Origin: Syntrophales bacterium | Lineage (GTDB): Bacteria; Desulfobacterota; Syntrophia; Syntrophales; UBA2210 | DNA: 64,000 bases | NCBI GenBank assembly: GCA_963666365.2 | Contig: CAXXNF010000001.1 | Span: forward strand, 512,001-576,000 | Direction of reading: 5' to 3' | Shown here: positions 63,985 through 64,000 of the stretch, piece after piece | Numbering within the stretch: position 1 is the first letter of the stretch | Layout: each line of letters opens with the position of its first letter | The notes under the pieces: generated by a model | What the model was told of the DNA's origin: nothing | What the model saw: only the letters and a program-made list of their open reading frames with translations | Database searches by the model: none | Translations under genes and position numbers: made by a program

Positions 63985-64000
63985 CCATCGACCTCCCGTT

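Larger units (their letters stand above)
41912..64000 (-). mobile_element. Transposable (Mu-like) prophage with non-contractile tail, late region; continues beyond the window
   Basis: Mu gp25/26/27-like genes, terminase, portal, minor head, protease-capsid, tail tube, tape measure, fibres and terminal Dam methylase; no sheath gene; TGT terminus with repeats. Confidence 0.9.

Noticed and set aside
1..64000. tRNA, rRNA, CRISPR arrays, tail sheath and lysis genes
   Set aside because: None recognised by eye in this window

Overview
The window has two parts. Positions 1 to about 41,900 are bacterial chromosome; gene content (sigma-54 regulators, CoA-metabolism enzymes, hcp, NifX-family proteins, a dockerin-tailed surface protein) suggests an anaerobe, probably a Syntrophales/Desulfobacterota-like deltaproteobacterium, which is inference only. 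This part holds a NifX/permease pair converging on an ABC/LolA-like/outer-membrane export operon, a roughly 6 kb tract of decayed redox and PTS genes (OYE, ptsP/ptsI, pntB, hcp), and an intact IS66 with terminal inverted repeats and an 8-bp target duplication. It also holds a large secreted multidomain protein, a sigma-54-controlled acyl-CoA catabolic operon, a lexA-orf-dinB cassette with a GAAC-N4-GTTC operator, a B12 radical SAM gene, an ADP-forming CoA-ligase subunit and a fused acyl-CoA dehydratase activase. From about 41,912 to the end lies the late (morphogenesis) half of a transposable, Mu-like prophage with no tail sheath, on the minus strand, ending in a Dam-type methylase and a TGT terminus with repeated GCGACAA sites. 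The most unusual observations are in the prophage: two head-region genes carrying signal peptides, a -1 frameshift tail-chaperone extension with two CxxC motifs that is absent from the ORF track, a shared WG-x3-WG-x3-WG peptide on two tail proteins, a protease-scaffold-capsid polyprotein with an internal start, and a structured leader that hides the methylase RBS. All product calls come from motif recognition by eye; no database searches were run.
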